From a virus, in the IMG/VR virus record IMGVR_UViG_3300038701_001365, positions 1 to 40,095 of that record: DNA of 40,095 nt. One strand, written 5' to 3'. Made by a program: the position numbers and the translations under genes. Below are positions 5,640 to 14,546 of this stretch, piece after piece; positions within the stretch are counted from its first letter, which is position 1, and every line of letters begins with the position of its first letter. Under the pieces are notes generated by a model that saw only the letters and a program-made list of their open reading frames with translations, made no database searches and was not told the origin of the DNA.

Positions 5640-5715
5640 ACAAACCACCTACTTAACTTAAGTTGGTTCGTCATAAATTGGTCGCCGACTAAAAGTAGGG
5701 CTGTAGGTGGTTTGT
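5640..5715 (+). promoter_or_regulatory. 13-bp perfect inverted repeat (ACAAACCACCTAC ... GTAGGTGGTTTGT) forming a leader stem-loop
   Basis: 5640-5652 pairs with 5703-5715. The 50-nt loop contains one iteron. It sits between the sigma70 promoter and the SD GAGGAG (5726-5731). Confidence 0.6.
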
Positions 5716-5735
5716 ATTGACACTTGAGGAGAAGC

Positions 5736-6176
5736 GTGACGAAGAAACTGACGAACATTAATGTAAGAGGTATGCTGACGAAGATTTACCTACAATCAGT
5801 TAAAAGTTACGATAAAGGCGCTCCTGACGAATCTACGGCCTATATAGAATGGGAAAAGCGTTCAATATATTTTAATGTATCAGATATTAGTAAAGAGACT
5901 ATTCGTCACGAATTGACCCATGCCTATATTAAGGCGAGCTTCACGGAGCAGATCCCAGATCTAACCCTAGAGCAATTAGAAGAGATATTCTGTGAAGTGG
6001 TCTCCCATTTTGGGACTACTATTATAAAACAAGCTGATAGCATCCATAAGGAAATGTTATCCCTTATTAAGGAGGATAAATTTGGGAACAGTAAAGACAA
6101 AGAAAGAAAGTCTACAAAAAGCGTCTATGGCGAAATTGAACAAGAACGTGAAGAAGCTGATTTTAGATCAGAATGA
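5736..6176 (+). CDS. Small HExxH protein (putative metallopeptidase-like)
   Basis: ORF track 5724..6176. GTG 5736 follows GAGGAG at 4 nt; ATG 5772 is an alternative start. Motif IRHELTHAY. Confidence 0.4.
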   Translation: MTKKLTNINVRGMLTKIYLQSVKSYDKGAPDESTAYIEWEKRSIYFNVSDISKETIRHELTHAYIKASFTEQIPDLTLEQLEEIFCEVVSHFGTTIIKQADSIHKEMLSLIKEDKFGNSKDKERKSTKSVYGEIEQEREEADFRSE

Positions 6177-6477
6177 TGATATAGCATATTATAAGAATTT
6201 AGTGAAAGAATGCTCACAATCGGTGATTGACCTAGTTAATCTATGTGCCCTAGCTAAAAAAACATGCTTTACGGATGAAGGTACAGAAGAAGAGAAGAAG
6301 GTCGTAGAAGAGGCCCTAACTAACGTAATAGACGCCTATTTACACGGAGACCATAATAATGCCCTGACCCATAAAGGATCTGATGTAGAGCCTGAGATGG
6401 TTCGTAAAGTAGATAAAATCTTAGATGATCTCAAAGCAGAAAAAGAAGCTGAAGAGGCTAAAGATGTCGAAGTCTAA
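6082..6477 (+). CDS. Hypothetical acidic protein
   Basis: ORF track. TTG start follows AAGGAGGA. It overlaps the previous ORF, so the start is uncertain. Confidence 0.4.
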   Translation: MGTVKTKKESLQKASMAKLNKNVKKLILDQNDDIAYYKNLVKECSQSVIDLVNLCALAKKTCFTDEGTEEEKKVVEEALTNVIDAYLHGDHNNALTHKGSDVEPEMVRKVDKILDDLKAEKEAEEAKDVEV

Positions 6478-6997
6478 ACCAAAGGCTAAATCTAGTAATT
6501 TGGTGAGAGGGAAGGAAACCTTCTCACAGGAGATCTTAGAAGAGGCTAAAGAGCTATTCATGACAAATATGGGTATTACTGAAATAGCCAGGCATCTTAA
6601 CATACCTAGAACTACTTTGCAATACTATCAGAATAAGAGTAAATGGAAAGAAGAAAGAGAACAGCTCCATATAGAGGAGTTCTCTGAATTCATGAACACT
6701 AGGCAATCTGATGTGACCCATATCACTAGGGATGCATTGTCAGTAATGAAAAGAGGCTTAAACTACTTAAACCAAAGGACAGCCCCTCCTACAATAGATG
6801 AAGTAGGCAAGGCGGCTAAAGCTATGGAAACTCTAGCTAAGATATCTAGAGACACTAAAAAAGAAGATCCCCAAGAATTATTTGAAGCATCCTTTGAAAG
6901 CCAGGGAGAATTACAAGAAAAAACAATAAAAGAGAAAAAAGCCCCTAAGGCTAAGGAGAAAGTAATAGATGTACCAAAAGACCCTTTTGAGGCATAG
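6464..6997 (+). CDS. terS: Terminase small subunit (putative, HTH)
   Basis: HTH-like GITEIARHLNIPRTTLQYY. Lys-rich termini. Positioned upstream of terL. ATG 6464 is preferred over 6425. Confidence 0.55.
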   Translation: MSKSKPKAKSSNLVRGKETFSQEILEEAKELFMTNMGITEIARHLNIPRTTLQYYQNKSKWKEEREQLHIEEFSEFMNTRQSDVTHITRDALSVMKRGLNYLNQRTAPPTIDEVGKAAKAMETLAKISRDTKKEDPQELFEASFESQGELQEKTIKEKKAPKAKEKVIDVPKDPFEA

Positions 6998-7661
6998 CCT
7001 CTCATCCCTACGCAGAATTTCTGTAGCAACTCTAGTAGGACTTATAATATTTTCAGCTACACCATTGGCGTTAAGCCCTGATGCAGATTCGTTTAAGCCG
7101 GGGTTAGTAAAAAAAATAGCACCCTACACACTACCTTTAGTGTACCCAGACGGAAATAAATTCTGCTCAAGTTCTGCCGTACAATTCCTAGATAAGGTGT
7201 ATACGGTAACAAATAACCATTGTTGTGAAGTAGATTCGTTTATAGGTGACTTGAGATTAGTAGGAGATACTATACAAAATATATTGTACCAAAGCCCTGA
7301 CCATGATCTATGTATACTTACATCTAAATTTAAAACATCTCCTATTACATTAGCTACAGATGACGCAGAGGTTCTAGACGAGGTCCTATTAATGGGATAC
7401 CCTAGAGGAGAGGCCCTCACTCCAAGATTCGGGCACGTCCTAGTAAAAGATATGCGGCTACATATAGCGGGGTATAGTTACGTGTCCCATGTCATATCTA
7501 CTGTCACCTACGCAGGTAATTCGGGCTCCCCCCTGTTTAATACGGAAGGCGAGATAGTAGGCGTCCTATATGCAGGTAACCTAGTATTACACACTTACGG
7601 CATAATGGTTCCCCATAGATACTTATTAAAAGCATTAATGGAAGCGCGTATCAGTGAGTAA
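6969..7661 (+). CDS. Trypsin-like (S1) serine protease with N-terminal signal/TM segment
   Basis: Catalytic-triad contexts TNNHC, DHDLCIL and GNSGSPLF. Hydrophobic N-terminus ...LVGLIIFSATPLALS. Confidence 0.7.
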   Translation: MYQKTLLRHSLSSLRRISVATLVGLIIFSATPLALSPDADSFKPGLVKKIAPYTLPLVYPDGNKFCSSSAVQFLDKVYTVTNNHCCEVDSFIGDLRLVGDTIQNILYQSPDHDLCILTSKFKTSPITLATDDAEVLDEVLLMGYPRGEALTPRFGHVLVKDMRLHIAGYSYVSHVISTVTYAGNSGSPLFNTEGEIVGVLYAGNLVLHTYGIMVPHRYLLKALMEARISE

Positions 7662-9078
7662 TCTCAGAGAACAGATTTTACAGGACTTAAACAAACCCCG
7701 AGGGGACGGTTTAAAAATCGGTCTCAAACAAGCTTTACACGAAAAGCAGCTAGAGCTTTTAACACCTATCCTACGTGATAAAAAGAAAATAACCTTCGGT
7801 GCATGTGGACGTAAGTTCGGTAAGTCTAGGGCTACTTGTTATTTAGCATGGAGGTGGGCTTTATTAAATCCAAACTCTTCTGTATATATAGTGTGTCCCG
7901 AAGGTACTCATGGTAGACGTATCTACTGGAAAGATGCGCGTATATATCAATTCTTAGGGGTAGATTCTAAGAAGTATATACTAGGTAAACCTAACAGCAG
8001 GGAATTAACAATAAATTTTAAGAATGGTTCTAACATACAGATAATGGGTTCCGATAACTATATGGCAGCCAACGGTTTAACGCCCGATCTAGTTATATAT
8101 GATGAGTTTAAAGGGTTCCACCCAGAATTCCACACACAAATGGACCCGAATAGGGCCGCTAAAGCTGCGCCTTTATTAATAATAGGTACACTAGCCGAGG
8201 ACGGTATAAGAAATAAAGATGAATATTACGCGCTATTAGAAGATTGTGAAGAACACCCAGAAGATACTCCAGTATTTAAATACGGTACGTTCGATAATCC
8301 TATTAATCAATTACCAGGACAAAAAGAGGCTATCTTGAAACAGATAGAACTACTTAGAAGACAAGGTAAAGAGCACGTAGTTCAAAGAGAGTATTTCTCC
8401 AAGATTATACCAGGAGGAGAAACTGCAATCTTTCCCTACTTTAACCCAGATGAGCACGTATTCCCTCACGAAGAGTTAGTACAAGAAATAAATAAAGATG
8501 TCAACAATCTTGAGTGGTGCGTATCTATTGACCCAGGGAATAGGACAGTATTTGCAAGTGTTATGGCAGCGCATGACCCAGAGAACTCTGTACTATACGT
8601 ATTAGATGAGAATTATGCTAGAACACAGTCAGAAACATTAATATCAAAATTTATGGCAGCTTTAAGAGGTAAGATGCTGTCTCTATACCCTTCTGGGGAT
8701 CTCGATAGAGGTTGGGCTAAGGTATGTGATGAGCAGGCAGCATGGGCTATTCTGGAGACTCTAGGACAGTTTAATGACATGGCCTTTATGAAGTCTAATA
8801 AAAATGCTAACAAAAAAGATTATGGTATTACACTACTAAATGAAGCAATGCAGAAGGGACTCATAAAAATAAGTGATAGATGCACTAATTTAATTAAAGA
8901 GATCACAGATTACCACATGAATAAACAAGGTAGAATACCTAAAGTTAATGACCATGGTATAGACGCATTAAGATATCTTATACACCATATAAATTATACT
9001 ATTGTACCCGATATTGATTATAAAGAAAAAAGGGACTATAGGGACGATAATAGTAGTATTTGGGGGGACTTCTTTTAA
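7654..9078 (+). CDS. terL: Terminase large subunit
   Basis: Walker A-like GACGRKFGKS, Walker B LVIYDEF, and C-terminal nuclease Asp motifs (SIDPG, HGIDALRY). Size and position fit. Confidence 0.85.
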   Translation: MSNLREQILQDLNKPRGDGLKIGLKQALHEKQLELLTPILRDKKKITFGACGRKFGKSRATCYLAWRWALLNPNSSVYIVCPEGTHGRRIYWKDARIYQFLGVDSKKYILGKPNSRELTINFKNGSNIQIMGSDNYMAANGLTPDLVIYDEFKGFHPEFHTQMDPNRAAKAAPLLIIGTLAEDGIRNKDEYYALLEDCEEHPEDTPVFKYGTFDNPINQLPGQKEAILKQIELLRRQGKEHVVQREYFSKIIPGGETAIFPYFNPDEHVFPHEELVQEINKDVNNLEWCVSIDPGNRTVFASVMAAHDPENSVLYVLDENYARTQSETLISKFMAALRGKMLSLYPSGDLDRGWAKVCDEQAAWAILETLGQFNDMAFMKSNKNANKKDYGITLLNEAMQKGLIKISDRCTNLIKEITDYHMNKQGRIPKVNDHGIDALRYLIHHINYTIVPDIDYKEKRDYRDDNSSIWGDFF

Positions 9079-9104
9079 TGGATTTATCCTTTAATATTAA
9101 TACA

Positions 9105-9204
9105 CACAAAGTGCCACTTAATGGCCGCACGTACAATGTGTTCACTATGAGGGGCGTAAGCCCCTTTAATTGCCACGAAGGGTGCGGTACTTTAAGGCTC
9201 TTAT
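9105..9204 (-). ncRNA. Structured RNA family, copy D (minus strand, antisense to the terL 3' flank)
   Basis: The minus strand reads ...AAGAGCC..CCGCAC..GGGGC-TTAC-GCCCC..TAGTGAACACATTG..GTGCGG..GTGGCAC. Stems at 9182-9187/9125-9130 and hairpin 9151-9164 covary with A-C. Confidence 0.55.
9149..9170 (+). terminator. Possible terL terminator (the same hairpin read on the + strand: GGGGC-GTAA-GCCCC then TTTAATT)
   Basis: A 6-bp GC-rich stem with a GNRA-type loop, 70 nt after the terL stop. The U-tract is weak. Confidence 0.35.
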
Positions 9205-9210
9205 TAACAC

Positions 9211-9238
9211 TATATAGGGGTAAATATATTCGTGTCAA
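9211..9238 (-). promoter_or_regulatory. sigma70 promoter of structured RNA D (TTGACA-N16-TATATA)
   Basis: The minus strand reads TTGACAcgaatatatttaccccTATATAgtg. The -35 plus CG context is shared with the RNA A promoter. Confidence 0.55.
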
Positions 9239-9301
9239 GTAATTTCTATTTTTTTACCTGTTTTGCCTATTTTATTACGCCAAACCGTAATATTTGTTAC
9301 A

Positions 9302-9329
9302 TTGACAATATAGGTATATCTGGTATAAT
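9302..9329 (+). promoter_or_regulatory. Consensus sigma70 promoter with extended -10 (TTGACA-N16-TGgTATAAT) for the portal/capsid operon
   Basis: Read directly from the sequence. 30 nt upstream of ATG 9360, which has SD GGGAGG. Confidence 0.7.
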
Positions 9330-9359
9330 AAAAAGTTATACAACATATAGGGAGGTATT

Positions 9360-9608
9360 ATGGTGTTAAGTCTTAGCATATGTGCATTAATATTTAGTGT
9401 AATAGCATTAGTGTTTAGTGTTTACAATTTAATTCAATTAGAGGCTCAAAAAAGAAGTACTCACAGTATAGAGTATGTAGGAGCTAATCCAGGCGATTTA
9501 GATATAGAGAGTACTTTAGCAGATTTTAACAAAAAAACAGAAAAAGAGTTAGAAGAGACTTTACCCTTTTTCAATAACGAAGATACAAAAAAAGTGAGGT
9601 CATTCTAA
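9360..9608 (+). CDS. Small membrane protein
   Basis: ORF track. N-terminal TM segment LSICALIFSVIALVFSVY. Strong SD. Confidence 0.6.
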   Translation: MVLSLSICALIFSVIALVFSVYNLIQLEAQKRSTHSIEYVGANPGDLDIESTLADFNKKTEKELEETLPFFNNEDTKKVRSF

Positions 9609-11651
9609 ATGAGTATACACGATAGCGAATTTAATAGTAGTTCATTCTTTGCTGTCCCTAAAAAGGATAGAGAAGCTTGGCTACAGAGAACAATAGAGAC
9701 TCTTATAGAGGAGTCCCAAGCCCGTACACAAAATCAAAGAAATAACTTGATGGGTTACCTAGGGGTAGAAACAGATACAGTAAGGGATATCACTAGAAGA
9801 GAAGATAGAAATTATAGAAATGGTAGAAGGGCTTCTAAATTTAAGATTAACCATCTATTTGACGTAGTAGAGACTAAGGTCTCTCAAATGACCCGACTTA
9901 AATCTAACGTAGAGGTAAAGCCTACTCACCCAGACTGGGGGGATAGAGGCGCAGCAGAAGTTTCTAAACATGTAATTAGAAATATATTTGATCAACAAAA
10001 CTTTGACGCTAAAGCTATAGATATAGTAAGACAGACAGAAATTACTGGAGAATCTTATCTTTTTGTAGAGTGGGATAAAGATTGTGGTGACCTACATCCT
10101 TCTTACGTAGAGGCTAAAAACGCAGGACTAGACTCTGTACCAGGCCCAGACGGTAAACCTATCAGCTTAAAAAAGCCTATCTACTTAGGAGACGTTAAGC
10201 ATACAGTAGAATTTCCGTGGAGAATTTTTCTACAGAGAAAAGAAAAGTTTGAAGATTGCGACTACGTATTTAGAATCCATATCATGGAAAGAGATAAGGT
10301 CGAGTCTAACTTCCCTAAATACGAAGGTAAACTAGCAGAATCTTCTGGAATAACTATATGGGACGTCAACATGTTAGAAGAACAGTATATGGAAAACCAT
10401 GTAGCTGTTTACGAATTCTTCCATAGAAGAACTAAAGAGATGCCCAATGGTTATCACGCAATGTTTTGTGATGCGGGTATCTTAATGGAACAAGACCTAC
10501 CTTACGAGCATGGTAAACTTCCTATGGTTAGATTAACCGATATTGATTTACCAGGATATATCAATGGTTTAGCTAAGTTCACATCGGCACTACAAATTCA
10601 AAATAGATATGACGACTTAAATACATTAATTTTAAAAAACATCTACTTCCTAGCTCACCCTAAGTACGCTGTACCTAAAAATGCAGTAGACATTAGACAG
10701 TTAGGTAATGATAATACCGTTGTAGAATGGGTAGGAGCACCTCCTACAGTACTACAGGCCCAAGCAAATAGTTCAGAGGTGTATAAGTATGGTCCTGAGA
10801 TTATTAGGTCTATGGAACGTATTATGGGTAATCACGGTATCTCTAGAGGAGAAATGCCTAACGGTATAAGTGCCGCAAGTGCTTTAAGACTGTTAAATGA
10901 AATGGAATCTATTAGAGCTACCTCAGCTATATCTAAATACGCTCAGTTCGTAAAGGATGTGGCTAGATTGACTTTATCTACAGCAGGTCAATACTACTTA
11001 CCATCTGACGGTAGACTAGTTAAGATCGTAGGAGAAGATAACGCTGCTAGTATTAGGTTCTTTGATGCAGCAGACCTTAACAAGCCTTACGACGTACAGT
11101 TTGAAAACTCTACAGGATTCCCTGATACACAAGCAGCTCAAAAACAAGAGATTATAGATGTATTACAGTATGCTGGGGACGCAGCACCTTTAGGCAGATT
11201 GTTAGATGCTCTAGACATAGCTAACGCAGATAATTATAACGACTACTTAACGGCAGCAGTAAAAGCTTCTGATAGTGAGAACCAAGACTTACAGGCAGGT
11301 AGACCAGTAGCACCTCCTGAGATGCATCAAGACCTTATAACTAAATGGGAATCTAGGTTCCACTTATTACAATCTAGAGCATTTAATGAAGAATCTACAC
11401 AAGAGGTATATAATGCCGTAATGCTTAATGTTAAGCAGGTAGAGGAACTTATGATAGCTAAAATGGCTAAAAGCCCTATATTCCAAGCAGAAGTAGCTAG
11501 ATTAGTTCATTTCCCATTAATGGACCACTCCGGCTATACGCCCCCTCAGTCTAGACAACAAACAGAGGCTATAGTACAAGGAGAGGCAAATAGAGGTGAA
11601 CCGGTTACGGACATGATACCAGCAGAACCTAAGAAAATTGGAGAAAAATAA
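9609..11651 (+). CDS. Portal protein
   Basis: 680 aa. Follows terL and precedes the scaffold and capsid genes. Confidence 0.75.
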   Translation: MSIHDSEFNSSSFFAVPKKDREAWLQRTIETLIEESQARTQNQRNNLMGYLGVETDTVRDITRREDRNYRNGRRASKFKINHLFDVVETKVSQMTRLKSNVEVKPTHPDWGDRGAAEVSKHVIRNIFDQQNFDAKAIDIVRQTEITGESYLFVEWDKDCGDLHPSYVEAKNAGLDSVPGPDGKPISLKKPIYLGDVKHTVEFPWRIFLQRKEKFEDCDYVFRIHIMERDKVESNFPKYEGKLAESSGITIWDVNMLEEQYMENHVAVYEFFHRRTKEMPNGYHAMFCDAGILMEQDLPYEHGKLPMVRLTDIDLPGYINGLAKFTSALQIQNRYDDLNTLILKNIYFLAHPKYAVPKNAVDIRQLGNDNTVVEWVGAPPTVLQAQANSSEVYKYGPEIIRSMERIMGNHGISRGEMPNGISAASALRLLNEMESIRATSAISKYAQFVKDVARLTLSTAGQYYLPSDGRLVKIVGEDNAASIRFFDAADLNKPYDVQFENSTGFPDTQAAQKQEIIDVLQYAGDAAPLGRLLDALDIANADNYNDYLTAAVKASDSENQDLQAGRPVAPPEMHQDLITKWESRFHLLQSRAFNEESTQEVYNAVMLNVKQVEELMIAKMAKSPIFQAEVARLVHFPLMDHSGYTPPQSRQQTEAIVQGEANRGEPVTDMIPAEPKKIGEK

Positions 11652-12919
11652 TGAGTAATAAAGAAGAAGCACTAAATAATCAGGTAAACACAGACCACGA
11701 GGGGCCAGATCTATCTGAAGCCCTACAGGCGTTCGGTTTAGGTGATACAGAAGATATAACTGATAAAGAAGCCCATTTAGACGGGTCTGACGGAGATTTA
11801 CCCACTGTGAGTGAGGTAGAACAGAAGGTAGTAGAGAATTTTGAACAACCTGATGTAGAAACACTAGAAATGCCCGATGAAGATGATATAGAAGTATCTT
11901 TTAATGAAGATGGTGAGGTAGTAGTAGAAAAGAAGGCTGAAAAAGAGTCTGATACCCAGAATGAAACCACTAAAGAGGAAGATAAAGCTACCACAGAAGT
12001 GTCTGATTTTAAGTCTTATGTAAGCAATTTAGACGACGAATTAGTTGTCAAACACACTATAGACGGAGAAGAAGTAGAAATTAACCTTAAAGAGGCTTTA
12101 AGTAGTACTCTTAATAACCACGTAGCTAAGGCTACCATAGACAAGCGTTTCTCGGAACTTGACAAGCAGAAGAAAAGCTTATATACTGAGAAGCAGTCTT
12201 TGATAAAAGACATTGAGGAAATAGGTAAACAGGCGTCAGTTGACAACTGGGAAGGGGCTTTTGAAGCTCTAGGTAAGTTGTCAGGTAATACTCCAGGATA
12301 CCTAATAAAGGAAAAAATGATTTCAGCGTTATTACCTGAGATCAAGAAGAGATCAGAAATGACTAACGAGGAGTTAAGATCTGAATACCTAAAATCTCAA
12401 AATGAGCATTTATCAAAGCTAAACGAGTCTGAAGCTCAAAAACGAATCGCGAAGGCAAACCAAGAGAAACTGGAGCGAACAGTTGAGAGTATACGGGAAA
12501 CTCACAAAATCAGTACACAAGAATGGAATGATACGTTCGCAAAGCTAGATCAGGAAGTACCTGTAGATCAGGATATAACCTTAGAGATGGTAAAAGAGAA
12601 GGTATTACAGGAAAGAGCTTCAAACGAGGTCTCATCTAAAGTGGATACACTATTAAAAGATGTAGAAGGAGTTACTGAAGAGGCTCAAAAGTATATGGCT
12701 GATATCATCGCTAAGCACCCAGAATTTACTGACGAGCAGCTTAACGAGATAGTCAAACTAGCTACTACACCTGACCCCGAACCTGTTACTGATAATAAGA
12801 AAGAAATTGAAGACGATCTTCGACAGAAGATGGGAAAAACTAAGCTTTCAGGTGAGCGGGCCGATCAGAATCAAATAGACCAAGATCGAATAATGGCAAT
12901 CCTAGAAGGCGATGACTAA
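11651..12919 (+). CDS. Scaffolding protein (putative)
   Basis: Very acidic, low-complexity, coiled-coil-like. Lies between the portal and capsid genes. Confidence 0.6.
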   Translation: MSNKEEALNNQVNTDHEGPDLSEALQAFGLGDTEDITDKEAHLDGSDGDLPTVSEVEQKVVENFEQPDVETLEMPDEDDIEVSFNEDGEVVVEKKAEKESDTQNETTKEEDKATTEVSDFKSYVSNLDDELVVKHTIDGEEVEINLKEALSSTLNNHVAKATIDKRFSELDKQKKSLYTEKQSLIKDIEEIGKQASVDNWEGAFEALGKLSGNTPGYLIKEKMISALLPEIKKRSEMTNEELRSEYLKSQNEHLSKLNESEAQKRIAKANQEKLERTVESIRETHKISTQEWNDTFAKLDQEVPVDQDITLEMVKEKVLQERASNEVSSKVDTLLKDVEGVTEEAQKYMADIIAKHPEFTDEQLNEIVKLATTPDPEPVTDNKKEIEDDLRQKMGKTKLSGERADQNQIDQDRIMAILEGDD

Positions 12920-12939
12920 ACAAAAATAGGAGTTGCTAA

Positions 12940-14181
12940 ATGGCACAGTGGGTATATAACACACAATCAGAAGTAAATTTAATGAAAATCGTATACGACA
13001 AGTATATCGATAAACAATTCAACAAATCTTGTCCTTTACTAGGATTAGTAAAAAAAGACAGTAGACCTTTTGAAGGACTACAAGTAGAAATGGCTGTTCA
13101 ATTATCAGTCGGTGGCGGTAGAACATCCGGCTCACTAGGTACAACTAACCCTTCAAAAACTGCTAAGGTTATCTTAACTACTAAGAAAATCTACGGTAGA
13201 GTTGAAGTAGACAATGAGTCTATGAAGGCGTCTAGAAAATCTATAGAAGCTTTCGCTAAGTTCACAAAAGAGCCTATCGATCGTGGTACTGATGGGGTTA
13301 ACTTAAACCTTGAAAGACAAATGATTGCTAACGATCTAGCTGGTTCTGGACTTTTGTTCACATCAACTACTGACTTAGTAACAGGTGATGGTACTACAGC
13401 TACTCCATACGTAGTTACTCTAGAAGCTTTAGCTATAGATGACGCTGTAGAGATCGGTGATTACATCTCTGCTGAAGGCGAGGCTACTATACTTGAAGTT
13501 GTAGATATTGATGATAGCGGTGCTAACACTACTTTAGAATTAGTAGGTACATCTGCTGCTGTAGCTGCTGCTGTTTCTACTGGCGCTGCAATCGGATTCT
13601 ACATGGAAAAATCTGAAGATAACGAACTTTCTGGACTTGCAGGGCTTTTACTAGCTACATCAGGTACTTATAAGAACGTCGATATCTCTAGAAGATGGCG
13701 AGCTTCACAAACTGACGCGGGTACTGACCCAATCTCTGTTTCTCTTTTGAACCAGAATATCATGACTATCAAGAAAAGATCAGGTAAAGCACCTAAATCT
13801 ATTCATATGCCTTATGAGCAGTATGTTAACTTCCTTAACTTACTAGAGTCTGCTAAGACGTACAACGTTCCGACTAGAGACAAAGCTTATAAAGGACAAA
13901 TCTCATTCTCAGCTATTGAGTACATGGGACCTGCTGGCCCTATCCCTGTTTTCTTAAACAGATTCATTAGAGCTGACCGTGTTTATGTTCTTAACGAAGA
14001 TCACATCCAACTTAGAAGTCGTGGACCTCTTTCTTGGGATGATCATAACGGAATGGTTTTTGATAGACTACAAGACAGTGATGCTTATGAGGCTAGATGT
14101 ACTTTCTACTGTGACTTCTTCGCGAATCCACACTTCCAAGGTATAATCTACAATCTATCTACTGCTTTGGTAGCTAGCTAA
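12940..14181 (+). CDS. Major capsid protein
   Basis: 413 aa. Strong SD (TAGGAG). Canonical position. Followed by a terminator. Confidence 0.7.
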   Translation: MAQWVYNTQSEVNLMKIVYDKYIDKQFNKSCPLLGLVKKDSRPFEGLQVEMAVQLSVGGGRTSGSLGTTNPSKTAKVILTTKKIYGRVEVDNESMKASRKSIEAFAKFTKEPIDRGTDGVNLNLERQMIANDLAGSGLLFTSTTDLVTGDGTTATPYVVTLEALAIDDAVEIGDYISAEGEATILEVVDIDDSGANTTLELVGTSAAVAAAVSTGAAIGFYMEKSEDNELSGLAGLLLATSGTYKNVDISRRWRASQTDAGTDPISVSLLNQNIMTIKKRSGKAPKSIHMPYEQYVNFLNLLESAKTYNVPTRDKAYKGQISFSAIEYMGPAGPIPVFLNRFIRADRVYVLNEDHIQLRSRGPLSWDDHNGMVFDRLQDSDAYEARCTFYCDFFANPHFQGIIYNLSTALVAS

Positions 14182-14191
14182 TTAACTAAGT

Positions 14192-14222
14192 GGAGGGGGA
14201 TATAATGCCCCCTTCCTTTTTA
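14192..14222 (+). terminator. Rho-independent terminator after the capsid gene
   Basis: GGAGGGGG-atataatg-CCCCCTTCC followed by TTTTTA. Confidence 0.6.
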
Positions 14223-14537
14223 TTGGTTATTATTATGACAGAAAGAGACTTATTACAAGAAATAAGACAAGATATACGTGATATAAATAAATCGTTATCT
14301 AGGATTAATGAAACAAGTATAAAGCATAACGAAGAATTAAAAGCTCATACTAGGCGCTCTACGTTAAACGAGGACTCTATACAGAATTTAAAAACTTCAC
14401 TATTTAAAGTAGAAGAGCGGCTAACTTCTAGACTGGATACAGACCAAACCTTCAGAAGATGGTTTTTAGGTGTATCAACAATTATTGGCCCTGTGTCAGC
14501 ATTAGCTGTAGCAGTATTATATAAAATTTTTACTTAA
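14205..14537 (+). CDS. Hypothetical coiled-coil protein with C-terminal TM anchor
   Basis: ORF track. ATG 14205 follows GGAGGGGG but lies in the terminator loop. ATG 14235 is an alternative start. Confidence 0.4.
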   Translation: MPPSFLLVIIMTERDLLQEIRQDIRDINKSLSRINETSIKHNEELKAHTRRSTLNEDSIQNLKTSLFKVEERLTSRLDTDQTFRRWFLGVSTIIGPVSALAVAVLYKIFT

Positions 14538-14546
14538 GGAGGCTAA

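Larger units (their letters stand above)
5455..5908. repeat. Array of at least 9 (C)TGACGAA(C) iterons in both orientations
   Basis: + orientation: 5455-5463, 5543-5551, 5737-5744, 5748-5756, 5775-5783, 5824-5832. - orientation: 5523-5530, 5666-5673, 5901-5908. Confidence 0.75.

Noticed and set aside
9060-9242. 60-aa + strand ORF in the terL-portal gap.
   Set aside because: It has no SD, its start overlaps the terL stop, and its composition is odd. It lies exactly over structured RNA copy D and its promoter.
11517-12345. Minus-strand ORFs 11517..11864, 11680..11994 and 12016..12345. The same applies to similar minus-strand ORFs inside 15496-25314 and + strand ORFs inside 31353-37511.
   Set aside because: These are shadow ORFs opposite long, well-supported genes. 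They are Ser/Leu-rich and low-complexity, and they lack SDs.
14205-14234. Whether the 14205 start and the capsid terminator are mutually exclusive.
   Set aside because: This cannot be resolved from sequence alone. The SD favours ATG 14205, while the hairpin favours ATG 14235. Both are reported with lowered confidence instead of choosing one.
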